Origin: Pseudothioglobus sp. nBUS_23
GTDB lineage: Bacteria > Pseudomonadota > Gammaproteobacteria > PS1 > Pseudothioglobaceae
Reading direction: 5' to 3'
DNA length: 32,000 bases
Assembly (NCBI RefSeq): GCF_051201565.1
Contig: NZ_CP179200.1
Location: forward strand, 1,320,001 to 1,352,000
Both the position numbers and the translations under genes were made by a program. The notes under the pieces are model-generated. The model had not been told where the DNA came from, did not search any database, and worked only from the letters and a program-made list of their open reading frames with translations. Below are positions 1 through 9,498 of the stretch, piece after piece; position 1 is the first letter of the stretch, and every line of letters starts with the position of its first letter.

Positions 1-471
1 GAAGGTATTTTCTAGGCAGAGTAGTTTAGTGACTGCATAATGTGGATCATCATCCTTGATTTGATTGAGCATATCCTCAATGTTCATTGAGCCTGATGCT
101 GAAGTCTCAATGGGGCAAATACCTACACCGCCTAAGACTGAAACGCCTCTGGCCTCGTATACATTGGTATGATAATTTTTTCCTATGAGGACTTCATCAC
201 CTCTTTGGCAATGAGATAGCATTGCAGTGAGGTTGCTCTGAGTGCCACTAGGGAAGAATAATGCTGCCTCTTTCTCTAAGAGTTTTGCTGCATATTTTTG
301 AAGATCATTGACCTCTTGATCTTCACCATAGACATCATCACCAAGCCTAGCATTCTCGATGCATTCAAGCATTTCATTAGAGGGAAGAGTAACAGTATCA
401 CTTCTAAAATCAATTGGATTTTTTAAAATGATTTTTTGCGAATGGCTTGTATTAGAATTATATTGATTCAT
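1..471 (-). CDS. ltaE: Low-specificity L-threonine aldolase, N-terminal 157 codons (C-terminus lies beyond the left edge)
   Basis: Absent from the ORF track because it runs off the window. Reverse-strand ATG at 469-471, open in frame to base 1. Manual translation MNQYNSNTSHSQKIILKNPIDFRSDTVTLPSNEMLECIENARLGDDVYGEDQEVNDLQKYAAKLLEKEAALFFPSGTQSNLTAMLSHCQRGDEV...LCLENTF is collinear with E. coli LtaE blocks as recalled (DLRSDTVT, GDDVYGDD, PTGTQANL, LSHCERGEE, LENT). Confidence 0.85.
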   Translation of the reverse strand, partial: MNQYNSNTSHSQKIILKNPIDFRSDTVTLPSNEMLECIENARLGDDVYGEDQEVNDLQKYAAKLLEKEAALFFPSGTQSNLTAMLSHCQRGDEVLIGKNYHTNVYEARGVSVLGGVGICPIETSASGSMNIEDMLNQIKDDDPHYAVTKLLCLENTF

Positions 472-479
472 AGACTGCC

Positions 480-905
480 TTATAAAGGCTTAACAACTGC
501 AAGAATAATGATAGAAATCAAAAAAACGACTGGAAATTCATTAAACCATCTAAAGAAAACATGGGACTTAGTATTTTTATCAGCAGCAAAAATGCCAACC
601 AAATAACCGCAATAAAAGTGATACCCAACAAGAATTGCAACTAGCAACAGCTTAATCTTAAGCCAATACATACTACTATAGACCTCCCAAGCATAGCTCT
701 GAAGCATCCAGAAACCCATTATGGTAGTTAATATAAAGCTCGGCATCATGATTCCGTTATAGAGCTTTCGCTCCATAATCTTGAACCGCTCTATACTGAT
801 TTCATCCTCAGCCATGGAGTGATAAACGAACAGCCTTGGCAAGTAAAACATCCCTGCCATCCAAGAAACAAATCCAAAAACATGTATCGCTTTAACCCAG
901 AGCAT
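480..905 (-). CDS. hemJ: Protoporphyrinogen IX oxidase HemJ (UPF0093 membrane protein)
   Basis: 141 aa, hydrophobic multi-helix protein. N-terminus LWVKAIHVFGFVSWMAGMFYLPRLFVYH matches the HemJ family signature as I recall it. Only 8 nt upstream of ltaE on the same strand. Confidence 0.8.
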   Translation of the reverse strand: MLWVKAIHVFGFVSWMAGMFYLPRLFVYHSMAEDEISIERFKIMERKLYNGIMMPSFILTTIMGFWMLQSYAWEVYSSMYWLKIKLLLVAILVGYHFYCGYLVGIFAADKNTKSHVFFRWFNEFPVVFLISIIILAVVKPL

Positions 906-1056
906 AATATATAGGAAAAAATAAAAACCATAATACCGTTTCGGTTTGTTTTTATGTTTATTTTTCAGAGTTTTAATCTTTTATTCCTTCGGTGATTTAA
1001 CTCTTCGATGTCCTTACACATAGTAAAATTTAAATAAAAATTATTCTTAATTCTCC

Positions 1057-2010
1057 ATGCTGAATTTTTTTAAGAAAAATCAAAACGTAGACTCCAATGA
1101 AGATAAAAATAAATCATCTTTAAAGGACAGGCTTTTCAAATCTAAAAAAAAGCTGGGTGATGGCCTTTCCTCTCTGGTCATTGGTAAAAAGAAGATTGAT
1201 GAGGATCTTCTTGAGGAGCTGGAAGTCCTTTTAATCAGTTCAGATATAGGCATACAAACTACAGACAAGGTCATAGAAAGTGTTAGAAAGAAAGCCTCAA
1301 GAAAAGAGCTGAAAGATGAAGACAGCTTATATCAACTTATTAAGGTTGAACTTGAATCTCTATTGATTACTGATAGCAATTTTAATCCCAGCTATGAAAT
1401 CCCTTTTGTCATTCTTGTCGTTGGAATCAATGGTGCTGGTAAGACTACAACCATTGGCAAACTTGCTAAATTGTTTCAGAGTGAAGGCAAATCAGTCATG
1501 CTCGCTGCTGGAGACACTTTTAGAGCAGCTGCAGTTGAACAACTTCAGGTCTGGGGTGAGAGAAATGATATACCGGTAATTGCTCAAAAGACTGGCTCAG
1601 ATGCTGCCTCAGTGGTCTATGACGCTTATCAGTCTGCAATCGCTAAAAAAATTGATATTTTAATTGCTGATACTGCAGGAAGGCTTCATACCCAGGGCAA
1701 CCTGATGCAAGAGCTCGAGAAAATCAAGAGAGTTCTAAAAAAACACAATGAGAAGGCTCCTCACGAGACCCTTTTGGTTATCGATGGTGGCTCAGGTCAA
1801 AATGCAGTTCAACAAGCAAAAGAGTTTCATAAGTCAATCAACTTATCTGGATTAGCTATCACCAAGCTTGATGGCACAGCGAAGGGTGGTGTTTTATTTT
1901 CAATTTCAGACGCGCTCAAACTTCCGATACGCTTCATTGGCGTTGGGGAGGCAATTGAAGACCTAAAACCTTTCAATTCAAAAGATTTTGTAGGCGCCCT
2001 ATTCGATTAG
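1057..2010 (+). CDS. ftsY: Signal recognition particle receptor FtsY (short N-terminal domain)
   Basis: 317 aa. SRP-GTPase NG domain motifs [15 protein letters not shown] (G1), DTAGRLH (G3), [10 protein letters not shown] (G4), IRFIGVGE. Confidence 0.95.
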   Translation: MLNFFKKNQNVDSNEDKNKSSLKDRLFKSKKKLGDGLSSLVIGKKKIDEDLLEELEVLLISSDIGIQTTDKVIESVRKKASRKELKDEDSLYQLIKVELESLLITDSNFNPSYEIPFVILVVGINGAGKTTTIGKLAKLFQSEGKSVMLAAGDTFRAAAVEQLQVWGERNDIPVIAQKTGSDAASVVYDAYQSAIAKKIDILIADTAGRLHTQGNLMQELEKIKRVLKKHNEKAPHETLLVIDGGSGQNAVQQAKEFHKSINLSGLAITKLDGTAKGGVLFSISDALKLPIRFIGVGEAIEDLKPFNSKDFVGALFD

Positions 2011-2309
2011 AATTCTAATGCAAGGTACTGAGAATCAACTTTCTTGGCCAAATCAATATCTAACCTAGTAATTCCTCCCTCACTGTGAGTCACTAGATTA
2101 ATCTCAACTTTATTGTAGACATTTGACCATTCAGGATGATGATCCATCATCTCAGCTATTATGGCAACCAAACTCATAAATTCAAAAGCTTGAGCAAAAT
2201 CTTTAAACTTAAATGCTTTAAATAGCTTGCCTTTTTTAATAGTCCAGTTATCAATCTCCTTTAAGTGATGGTTTATTTGCTCATCAGTCAGAATCAATTC
2301 ACTTCTCAT
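2007..2309 (-). CDS. phhB: Pterin-4-alpha-carbinolamine dehydratase
   Basis: 100 aa. [20 protein letters not shown] core typical of the PCD/DCoH family. Start overlaps the hemC stop by 11 nt; stop overlaps the ftsY stop by 4 nt (convergent). Confidence 0.85.
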   Translation of the reverse strand: MRSELILTDEQINHHLKEIDNWTIKKGKLFKAFKFKDFAQAFEFMSLVAIIAEMMDHHPEWSNVYNKVEINLVTHSEGGITRLDIDLAKKVDSQYLALEF

Positions 2310-3207
2310 TTAACAACTCTCTTGCGCCTAAAGATAAAAGTTTTTTAGCAGCTCTTATTCCTAAATCTATAGGTTTGCTTGTTTCACCAGTCTCTTGGAC
2401 CCTTATTATTTCACCAGAATCAACATTACCAACCATTCCACTGAGCGTTAATTTAGAGCCTTCACTCGTTGCAAAAGCCCCGATTGCTACTGAGCATCCA
2501 CCTTGAAGCGTGGCATTTAGTGCTCTCTCTGCGTTCACTTCATTTTGAGTTTTTTGATGAATAAGCGGCTTAATAAGGCTACTAATTTCATGATCATTAG
2601 CTTTTATCTCAATTCCAAGGGCTCCTTGACCCACTGCGGGCAAAGAATCATCAGGACTCAAATCTTGTTTTATTCTGTTGTCAAATCCAAGCCTTGTTAA
2701 GCCTGAACATGCCAAAATGATTGCATCATACTCTCCATCGTCAAGTTTTTTTAAACGAGTATTTACATTTCCTCGTAGATCCAAAATCTCAAGATCTGGT
2801 CTTATTGCTTTAACCTGTACAATTCGTCTTAAGCTACAGGATCCCAATTTTGCGCCAATCGGAAGATCTTGAATCGAGTTAAAATCATTTGATACAAATG
2901 CATCAAAAGGGTTCTCACGCTCCAGAATAGCACCTATTTCAAAACCTTGTGGTAGCTCGTAAGGAACATCCTTCATTGAATGAACGGCGATATCAGCTCT
3001 ACCTTCCATGATTCCAACTTCCAGCTCCTTAATAAAGAGGCTCTTTCCCCCAATCTTAGAGAGAGGAGAGTTAAGAATTTGGTCACCCTGGGTAGTCATC
3101 TTAACCAACTCAACCTTTAAGTCTGGATATATATCCTCTAACTTAGATTTCACAAACTCTGCTTGCCAAAGGGCTAAAGGGCTTTTACGTGTGGCAATTT
3201 TCAGCAC
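2299..3207 (-). CDS. hemC: Hydroxymethylbilane synthase (porphobilinogen deaminase)
   Basis: 302 aa. [20 protein letters not shown]-terminus, [11 protein letters not shown], and the cofactor cysteine context [13 protein letters not shown]. Confidence 0.95.
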   Translation of the reverse strand: MLKIATRKSPLALWQAEFVKSKLEDIYPDLKVELVKMTTQGDQILNSPLSKIGGKSLFIKELEVGIMEGRADIAVHSMKDVPYELPQGFEIGAILERENPFDAFVSNDFNSIQDLPIGAKLGSCSLRRIVQVKAIRPDLEILDLRGNVNTRLKKLDDGEYDAIILACSGLTRLGFDNRIKQDLSPDDSLPAVGQGALGIEIKANDHEISSLIKPLIHQKTQNEVNAERALNATLQGGCSVAIGAFATSEGSKLTLSGMVGNVDSGEIIRVQETGETSKPIDLGIRAAKKLLSLGARELLNEK

Positions 3208-3429
3208 AGAAGTGGTGACTCCATTGAAATCGATTTCATTGATATTTTATCGAGTGTGGGTTAGGAATGTTAACAATTAGAGGTATTTAACATTAGGATT
3301 AGAATTATGATTTCTTACAATATTAATGGAACAAATAGGTTTTTATATCATTTTCAGTAACTTAGGCCATAGATACTGGAATAATGTGCAGTAATTTAAA
3401 AATGTAATTAAAACCGAGTAAATAGAGCA

Positions 3430-4815
3430 ATGACTTCAGAAACAAATCAATTATGGGGTGGTCGTTTTAATCAACCGACAGATGAATTTGTAAAAATTTT
3501 TGGTGCTTCTGTGTCTTTTGATAAAGCGCTTGCCCTTTATGATATAGAAGGGTCAATTGCGCATGCAACTATGCTTAGTGAGGTAGAAGTTTTAACAGAA
3601 TCTGAATTAAATGAGATTTTAAATGGTTTAGACAAAATCAAGAGCGAGATAACTTCAGGCAAATTTAATTGGTCTATCGACCTTGAAGATGTCCACATGA
3701 ATATTGAGTCGAGGTTAACTGAGATTTGTGGTGAGCCAGGCAAAAAACTGCATACTGGGCGCTCAAGAAACGACCAAGTTGCAACCGACATCAGGCTTTA
3801 CCTCAGGGATCATGTTGTCATGATAAACCAAGAGTTAAAGAAGCTTTTAAATGCATTGCTGGATCTTGCTGAAAAGGAAAATAATACAATAATGCCTGGC
3901 TTTACTCACCTTCAGGCTGCGCAGCCCATCACCTTTGGGCATCACCTTTTGGCATACTTTGAAATGTTCAAGCGTGATTATGAGCGACTTCAAGAAAGCT
4001 ATAAACGTATCAATACAATGCCTCTTGGAAGTGCAGCACTTGCCGGAACAAGTTATCCAATTAATCGTGAGCGCACTGCGGAAATCTTAGGATTTGAGCG
4101 CATAAGCCAAAACTCTTTAGATGCTGTTAGTGATCGTGACTTTGCGATAGAATTCGCATCTAACGCTAGCCTTATTATGATGCATCTTTCTAGGTTTTCT
4201 GAAGAACTTGTCCTATGGTCTAGTGCTCAATTTGAGTTTGTATCGCTTCCAGATAGTTTCTGTACAGGATCATCGATTATGCCTCAGAAGAAAAATCCAG
4301 ATGTTCCGGAATTGGTTCGCGGTAAAACTGGAAGGGTTACAGGCAATCTAGTCTCACTACTTACACTTATGAAAGGTCAGCCATTAGCTTATAACAAGGA
4401 CAATCAGGAAGACAAAGAGCCTCTTTTTGATAGCGTTGAAACGATCTACTCTTGTGTTCGAATTTTTGCTGATATGGTTCCAAAGATTGAGGCTAATAAG
4501 CAGAACATGCTTATCTCTGCAATCAAGGGCTATACAACTGCAACAGATTTAGCGGACTATCTTGTCAAAAAGGGTTTGCCTTTTAGGGATGCACATGACG
4601 TTGTAGGTAGAGCTGTTGCACATGGAATTGATAGTGACAAAGATTTGAGTGAATTTAGTCTTGATGAGTTTCAAGAATTTAACTCTAACATTGATTCTGA
4701 TGTTTTTGATGCAATTTCTCTAGAGGGCTCCATCAATTCTAGAGATCATCTTGGCGGCACCTCTCCAAAGCAAATTTTCAATGCTATCAAGGTGGGTCGA
4801 AATTCAATAAAATAA
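3430..4815 (+). CDS. argH: Argininosuccinate lyase
   Basis: 461 aa. LWGGRF N-terminus, [12 protein letters not shown], and the fumarate-lyase signature [12 protein letters not shown]. Confidence 0.95.
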   Translation: MTSETNQLWGGRFNQPTDEFVKIFGASVSFDKALALYDIEGSIAHATMLSEVEVLTESELNEILNGLDKIKSEITSGKFNWSIDLEDVHMNIESRLTEICGEPGKKLHTGRSRNDQVATDIRLYLRDHVVMINQELKKLLNALLDLAEKENNTIMPGFTHLQAAQPITFGHHLLAYFEMFKRDYERLQESYKRINTMPLGSAALAGTSYPINRERTAEILGFERISQNSLDAVSDRDFAIEFASNASLIMMHLSRFSEELVLWSSAQFEFVSLPDSFCTGSSIMPQKKNPDVPELVRGKTGRVTGNLVSLLTLMKGQPLAYNKDNQEDKEPLFDSVETIYSCVRIFADMVPKIEANKQNMLISAIKGYTTATDLADYLVKKGLPFRDAHDVVGRAVAHGIDSDKDLSEFSLDEFQEFNSNIDSDVFDAISLEGSINSRDHLGGTSPKQIFNAIKVGRNSIK

Positions 4816-5750
4816 TGCGCATTATTTTTGCAGGGACACCTGAATTTGCGGTTGCTGCATTATCTAAAATTCATAACTCTAATCATCAAGTTGTGGCTGT
4901 CTATTGTCAACCAGATAGGCCCAAGGGTAGAGGGAAAATCCTGACCTCTTGTGCTGTAAAAAACTTTGCCATTGAAAATGAACTTGAAGTCATTCAACCT
5001 GAAAATTTTAGCAGTGATCAAAATCTAAAGAAGCTTAGCTCACTTAAGCCAGATTTGATTGTTGTTGCAGCTTATGGCCAGATTTTGTCAAAAGAAGTAC
5101 TAGATTTGCCTAAATTTGGTTGTTTAAATATTCATGCCTCTCTTCTTCCTCGCTGGAGAGGAGCAGCACCCATTGAAAGGGCTATTCATGCAGGAGATAA
5201 AGAGACGGGGATTTCGATCATGCAGATGAATGAAGGACTGGATACAGGTGATATTCTTTTAACAAAAAAACATTCCATATCAAATTTTGAGACATCTGGC
5301 TCTTTAACAGAGTCTTTATCGATACTGGGCGCTGAACTTTTAATTGATGCAATAGATCAACTTCCTAATTTGAACCCAAAGATTCAAGAGCACTCTAATG
5401 CCACTTATGCAAAAAAGATTTTAAAAGCTGAAGCTCGAATTGACTGGAACCAAAGTGCAGAAAATATTAATCAAATGATTAGAGCTTTCAATCCGCGTCC
5501 TATTGCTCAAAGCAATGCAGAAGCTATGGAGTTTAAAGACAAAGTCCTAAGAATCATTGAAGCTGAAGTAATACCAAGTCAAACTTCTAAACCTCCAGGC
5601 ACAATCATTGAGCAAAATAAAGAGGTTTGTCATATTGCAACTGGTGCTGGAATACTAAGCTTAAAAAGGGTTCAGCTTGCTGGCAAAAAAGTAGCTCAAA
5701 TTAAAGATTTTAATAACGCCTATCAATTACTCAAGCTATCTAATTCATAA
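4815..5750 (+). CDS. fmt: Methionyl-tRNA formyltransferase
   Basis: 311 aa. [41 protein letters not shown] shares one base with the argH TAA (TAATG). Confidence 0.95.
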   Translation: MRIIFAGTPEFAVAALSKIHNSNHQVVAVYCQPDRPKGRGKILTSCAVKNFAIENELEVIQPENFSSDQNLKKLSSLKPDLIVVAAYGQILSKEVLDLPKFGCLNIHASLLPRWRGAAPIERAIHAGDKETGISIMQMNEGLDTGDILLTKKHSISNFETSGSLTESLSILGAELLIDAIDQLPNLNPKIQEHSNATYAKKILKAEARIDWNQSAENINQMIRAFNPRPIAQSNAEAMEFKDKVLRIIEAEVIPSQTSKPPGTIIEQNKEVCHIATGAGILSLKRVQLAGKKVAQIKDFNNAYQLLKLSNS

Positions 5751-5763
5751 GCTTAAATTGGCT

Positions 5764-6213
5764 TTAATTTCTGAAGCCTAGTTGACGCCAAGCCTCATAG
5801 GCAACGATAGAGACACAATTTGCAAGATTTAAACTCCTCGAGCCTTTTTGCATCGGGAGCGTAATGCCATCATATTCATCCATAATTTCTTTTGGAAGTC
5901 CTTTTGTCTCTGACCCAAAGAGAAATGAATCGTCCCTAAAGTATTTAACATCTGCATAACTCGTCTTTACTTTAGTACTAACTATGTAGATTTTTGATGG
6001 CGCTGCTTTATCAAGATAATCATCAAAATTGTCATATTCATAAACATTTGCTAATTCTTTATAATCAAGGCCAGCTCGTCTTAATCTTTTGTCAGTAATT
6101 TCGAATCCATAGGGCTTTATAAGATGAAGGTTAGCACCCATATTGGCCGATAATCTAATAAGGCTCCCAGTGTTATTCGGTATCTCTGGTTCAAATAAGA
6201 CTAAGTTCAACAT
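5764..6213 (-). CDS. trmL: tRNA (cytidine/uridine-34 2'-O)-methyltransferase, SpoU/TrmL type
   Basis: 149 aa. LVLFEPEIPNNTGSLIRLSANMGANLHLI and C-terminal SLNLANCVSIVAYEAWRQ, typical of the small SPOUT TrmL (YibK) family. Confidence 0.85.
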   Translation of the reverse strand: MLNLVLFEPEIPNNTGSLIRLSANMGANLHLIKPYGFEITDKRLRRAGLDYKELANVYEYDNFDDYLDKAAPSKIYIVSTKVKTSYADVKYFRDDSFLFGSETKGLPKEIMDEYDGITLPMQKGSRSLNLANCVSIVAYEAWRQLGFRN

Positions 6214-6333
6214 GTCACTTATTTACCTCAATAATGCTATAAGAACTATCATCCCATAGTTCATTAACTAATTCTAAAAACTCGCTTGTAGATATAATAC
6301 TAAAAGAGCAAGCATTCAATAAAATTAATATAA

Positions 6334-7128
6334 ATGGACTCTGGAAGATTGATTAAGAACCTTTTGAGAGAAGATGTCGAGGATGCATCAAAACTATTAG
6401 GCCTAGCGATTAACAAAACTCAAGAGCAGTTATTTGCTAATCTAGACTATGCACTCAATAACTCTGAATTTAAAAAGTTTTTTAGTCTTGTTGATGAGAG
6501 GAAGAATGGCAAACCATTTGCTTACATCAAAGGCTCTCAAGGTTTTTATGAACTTGAATTTCTAGTCTCTCCTTCAACTCTTATTCCCAGACCTGAAACT
6601 GAACTACTAATTGATATTGCAATTGATAGTCTAGATTCGGAAAAAAAAATAAAAGTACTAGACCTAGGAACTGGTAGCGGAATTATTGCCATAACCTTGT
6701 CACAGCAATGCCCAAATTGGGATGTATCTGCTAGTGATCAGTCTTCTAAAGCATTAACTCTTGCTAAATTGAATGCTAAGAGACCTATTAATTTTTACTG
6801 TGGAAGTTGGTTTGAGCCCTTACCCAAGATAAAGTTTGACTTGATTGTAAGTAACCCTCCCTATATCAGCGAAAAGGATCCCCACCTTGAAGACCTTCGT
6901 TTTGAGCCAATGGAGGCGCTCGTATCTGGAAATGATGGGCTTGAGGATATTAGGTTAATCATTTCACAATCACCTCAGTTTCTCAATAAAAATGGTCTTT
7001 TACTATTAGAGCATGGCTATGATCAAAAAGATAGAATTATTAACCTATTAGAAGATTCTTTCAAAAATATTAAAGCATTTAAAGATCTTAACGGAATCGA
7101 TAGAGCAATAATTGCAGAGTTAAGGTAG
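6334..7128 (+). CDS. prmC: Release-factor glutamine N5-methyltransferase
   Basis: 264 aa. SAM-binding VLDLGTGSGIIA and catalytic NPPY (VSNPPYI); PRPETE motif. Confidence 0.85.
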   Translation: MDSGRLIKNLLREDVEDASKLLGLAINKTQEQLFANLDYALNNSEFKKFFSLVDERKNGKPFAYIKGSQGFYELEFLVSPSTLIPRPETELLIDIAIDSLDSEKKIKVLDLGTGSGIIAITLSQQCPNWDVSASDQSSKALTLAKLNAKRPINFYCGSWFEPLPKIKFDLIVSNPPYISEKDPHLEDLRFEPMEALVSGNDGLEDIRLIISQSPQFLNKNGLLLLEHGYDQKDRIINLLEDSFKNIKAFKDLNGIDRAIIAELR

Positions 7129-8100
7129 CTCAAAAAACTTTACTTTATGCTTAGCAGATTTTTGTTGAGCAATGATTACCCCAGTGATAACCACAAGTGC
7201 TCCGATTGCCTGATGCCAAACCCACTGATCTCCCAAAAGAAAAAGCATCAACATGACATAAAATGGAACAGCATTTAAATGAAATGAAGCAATACCGATA
7301 CCGAGCTGACTTACAGCCTTTATCCACAAAATTTGTGATATGCCAAGACCTAACCAAGCATAAATTAGAATCAAGCCCAGATGCTTGAGCGTTATTGATG
7401 ATACGCTATTGGTTAAATCCATAAATACAGTGCAAATAAAGTAGAGAACTATTGAAAGAAGCGCCATTCCCAATGAAGTGACTGAAACCTGGCCCAAATT
7501 AGTCATACCAGGGAGGCTTTTAACAGTCGCTCTAGATCCCCATGCAAATAGCGCTACTCCTAGAAATCCAATCAGAATGGCAAATCCAATATTACTCTGA
7601 TTCAGTGAGGCGCCAGAGGCAATATAGCCTCCACAAAGGACCAGAATTACTCCACAAAAAAACCAAACGGTCATTTTGCGTCCATCTAGCAGCATCTCAA
7701 TTGATACTGCAAATACTGGCATAGTAGCAACTGCAAGAGCCGCAATCACAGGGGATGTTAGCGACTGAAGATAAAGAATTAAAAATGCGCCAATACCAAA
7801 GCCTGCTGCGCCAATCAAAGTGCCTTTAAGCCATTGAGCAGACTTAACCTTTTGAACCCCCTCAATTGATATCCATATTAAGAAGATTAATATAAATGAA
7901 AATACATTTCGAGCCGTAATAACACTGACAACATCCCAGTCATCTAATAAATACTCTGCAGCTGGAAATCCCATAGCAAAAAGGAGTATTGATAATACAC
8001 AGATAAAGTTTGACTTTAGAACACCTGAATGATTCTCACTGCTTTGATCTGAAGAATGACTACTCATCGAAATATTTATTGAAGGGGAAATTAATCGCAA
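7120..8100 (-). CDS. DMT-superfamily (EamA-like) permease
   Basis: 326 aa, about 10 hydrophobic segments in two repeated halves typical of EamA domains. The true start may be the internal Met at 8067. The 3' end overlaps the prmC 3' end by 9 nt (convergent). Confidence 0.75.
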   Translation of the reverse strand: MRLISPSINISMSSHSSDQSSENHSGVLKSNFICVLSILLFAMGFPAAEYLLDDWDVVSVITARNVFSFILIFLIWISIEGVQKVKSAQWLKGTLIGAAGFGIGAFLILYLQSLTSPVIAALAVATMPVFAVSIEMLLDGRKMTVWFFCGVILVLCGGYIASGASLNQSNIGFAILIGFLGVALFAWGSRATVKSLPGMTNLGQVSVTSLGMALLSIVLYFICTVFMDLTNSVSSITLKHLGLILIYAWLGLGISQILWIKAVSQLGIGIASFHLNAVPFYVMLMLFLLGDQWVWHQAIGALVVITGVIIAQQKSAKHKVKFFELP

Positions 8101-8157
8101 TATATCAGAAAAATTTAATGGATGATATTATTTTATTCTCAGTTAAGATTTTGAGGA

Positions 8158-8187
8158 TTGTCAAACAGTTAGTTCTCGATGTATAAT
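8158..8187 (+). promoter_or_regulatory. Candidate sigma-70 promoter for the PLP-enzyme/M24 operon
   Basis: TTGTCA (8158-8163), 18-nt spacer, TATAAT (8182-8187). Predicts a roughly 100-nt leader before the ATG at 8293. Confidence 0.35.
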
Positions 8188-8292
8188 CAAAATTATCAAG
8201 ATAAAGGCTTTTTAAAGCGCTGCCTTGAAATAGTTTAAAAATAACGCCCAGTTATTTTTATTTATGGTCAAAGCAAATTTAAGAGGTGAGTT

Positions 8293-9486
8293 ATGCTTGA
8301 AAAAAAACAAATCGGACAATCCACTCAAAGCATCTGGAGCGGTGAACAAGAGCACGAGCTCTATGAGCGCTCAACTCAAGTTCCCGTTGTTCATAGTGTC
8401 TCATTTGGCTACGAAGATATTGAGACTTGGTATAAAGTCGCTCTTGGAGAGGCTGAAGGTCACATCTATTCAAGAAACACCAACCCAACTGTTCGAGCTT
8501 TTGAGGATAAAGTCAAAGAGCTTGAATTTGCTGAGGCTGCAACGAGTTTTGCATCTGGCATGGCTGCAATTAGTAACACTCTAGCTACGTTTTTAAGACC
8601 TGGTGATCGAGTTGTCTCAATCAAAGACAGTTACGGAGGAACCAATGTTATATTTAATGAGTTTCTACCTCCTCTCAATATTGAAGTTAGCCTCTGTGAA
8701 ACTGGAGACTATGAGCAAATAGAAGCAGAAATAACTAAAGGTTGTACCTTGCTATATCTGGAAACACCTACAAACCCCACCATAAAAATAACGGACATTA
8801 AGAGACTAAGCGCAGCGGCTAAAAAAGTAGGCGCTTTGGTGGTCGTTGATAATACCTTTGCAACTCCAATTAATCAAAATCCTTTGTTGCTTGGGGCTGA
8901 TATTACACTTCACTCTGCCTCAAAGTATCTTGGGGGCCATGCAGATGCCCTAGGAGGAGTCATATGTGGCAACAAAGAATTAGTAAAAAAGGTTTATCAC
9001 TACCGTGAAATTAATGGAGCAACGCTTGCACCAATGGATGCTTATAGCTTATTAAGGGGCATGAAAACGTTAAAGCTTCGAGTTGAAAGGCAAAATGAAA
9101 ATGCTCTAAAAATTGCAAAATTCTTAGCAAATCATCCGATAGTTGAGCAAGTAAATTATCCAGGTCTAGAGACTCATCCTGGTCACGAAATAGCCAAAAA
9201 ACAGATGAATAGTGGCTATGGTGGAATGCTAAGTTTTTCAGTCAAAGGTGGCTTAGAGGCGATTAAAGTGTTTCTACCAAAACTCAAATATGCCCACATG
9301 GCAGCAAATCTTGGATGTGTTGAGACGGTAGTTGGACCCCCTCTAACAACGAGTCACGTAGAGTGCAGCGCTGATGAGAGAATGGCTGCAGGAATTCCTG
9401 AAGGTTTAGTTAGATATTCAACTGGCATAGAGGATGTGGAGGACTTGATTGAGGATTTAGATCAAGCTTTTAGTTATATTGCATAG
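8293..9486 (+). CDS. Cys/Met-metabolism PLP-dependent enzyme (trans-sulfuration family: cystathionine gamma-synthase/lyase or methionine gamma-lyase-like)
   Basis: 397 aa. YSRNTNPT, DNTFATP, and the PLP-lysine motif HSASKYLGGHAD. Strong SD AAGAGGTGA at 8281-8289. Exact specificity cannot be decided from sequence alone. Confidence 0.85.
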   Translation: MLEKKQIGQSTQSIWSGEQEHELYERSTQVPVVHSVSFGYEDIETWYKVALGEAEGHIYSRNTNPTVRAFEDKVKELEFAEAATSFASGMAAISNTLATFLRPGDRVVSIKDSYGGTNVIFNEFLPPLNIEVSLCETGDYEQIEAEITKGCTLLYLETPTNPTIKITDIKRLSAAAKKVGALVVVDNTFATPINQNPLLLGADITLHSASKYLGGHADALGGVICGNKELVKKVYHYREINGATLAPMDAYSLLRGMKTLKLRVERQNENALKIAKFLANHPIVEQVNYPGLETHPGHEIAKKQMNSGYGGMLSFSVKGGLEAIKVFLPKLKYAHMAANLGCVETVVGPPLTTSHVECSADERMAAGIPEGLVRYSTGIEDVEDLIEDLDQAFSYIA

Positions 9487-9498
9487 AAAGGAGACTTT

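Noticed and set aside
906-1056. Small ACCG-TTT-CGGT hairpin followed by a T-run in the hemJ/ftsY divergent region
   Set aside because: The stem is only 4 bp and no gene ends there on the plus strand. It is most likely just promoter-region sequence.
3285-3295. ATTTAACATTA, one mismatch from the XerD arm of the proteobacterial dif site (ATTTAACATAA)
   Set aside because: The adjacent 6-bp spacer and the expected XerC arm (TTATGCGCA-like) are not present at the required spacing. A single half-site in AT-rich DNA is not a dif site.
6243-6262. Inverted repeat GAACTAT-CATCCC-ATAGTTC in the trmL/prmC divergent region
   Set aside because: Dyads with 7-bp arms and a spacer are expected several times by chance in a window this size, and there is no supporting context.
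8264-8584. 106-aa plus-strand ORF and 65-aa minus-strand ORF overlapping the start of the PLP-enzyme gene
   Set aside because: The 8293 frame carries the full trans-sulfuration family signature and a strong SD. The alternative frames encode basic, low-complexity sequence with no support.
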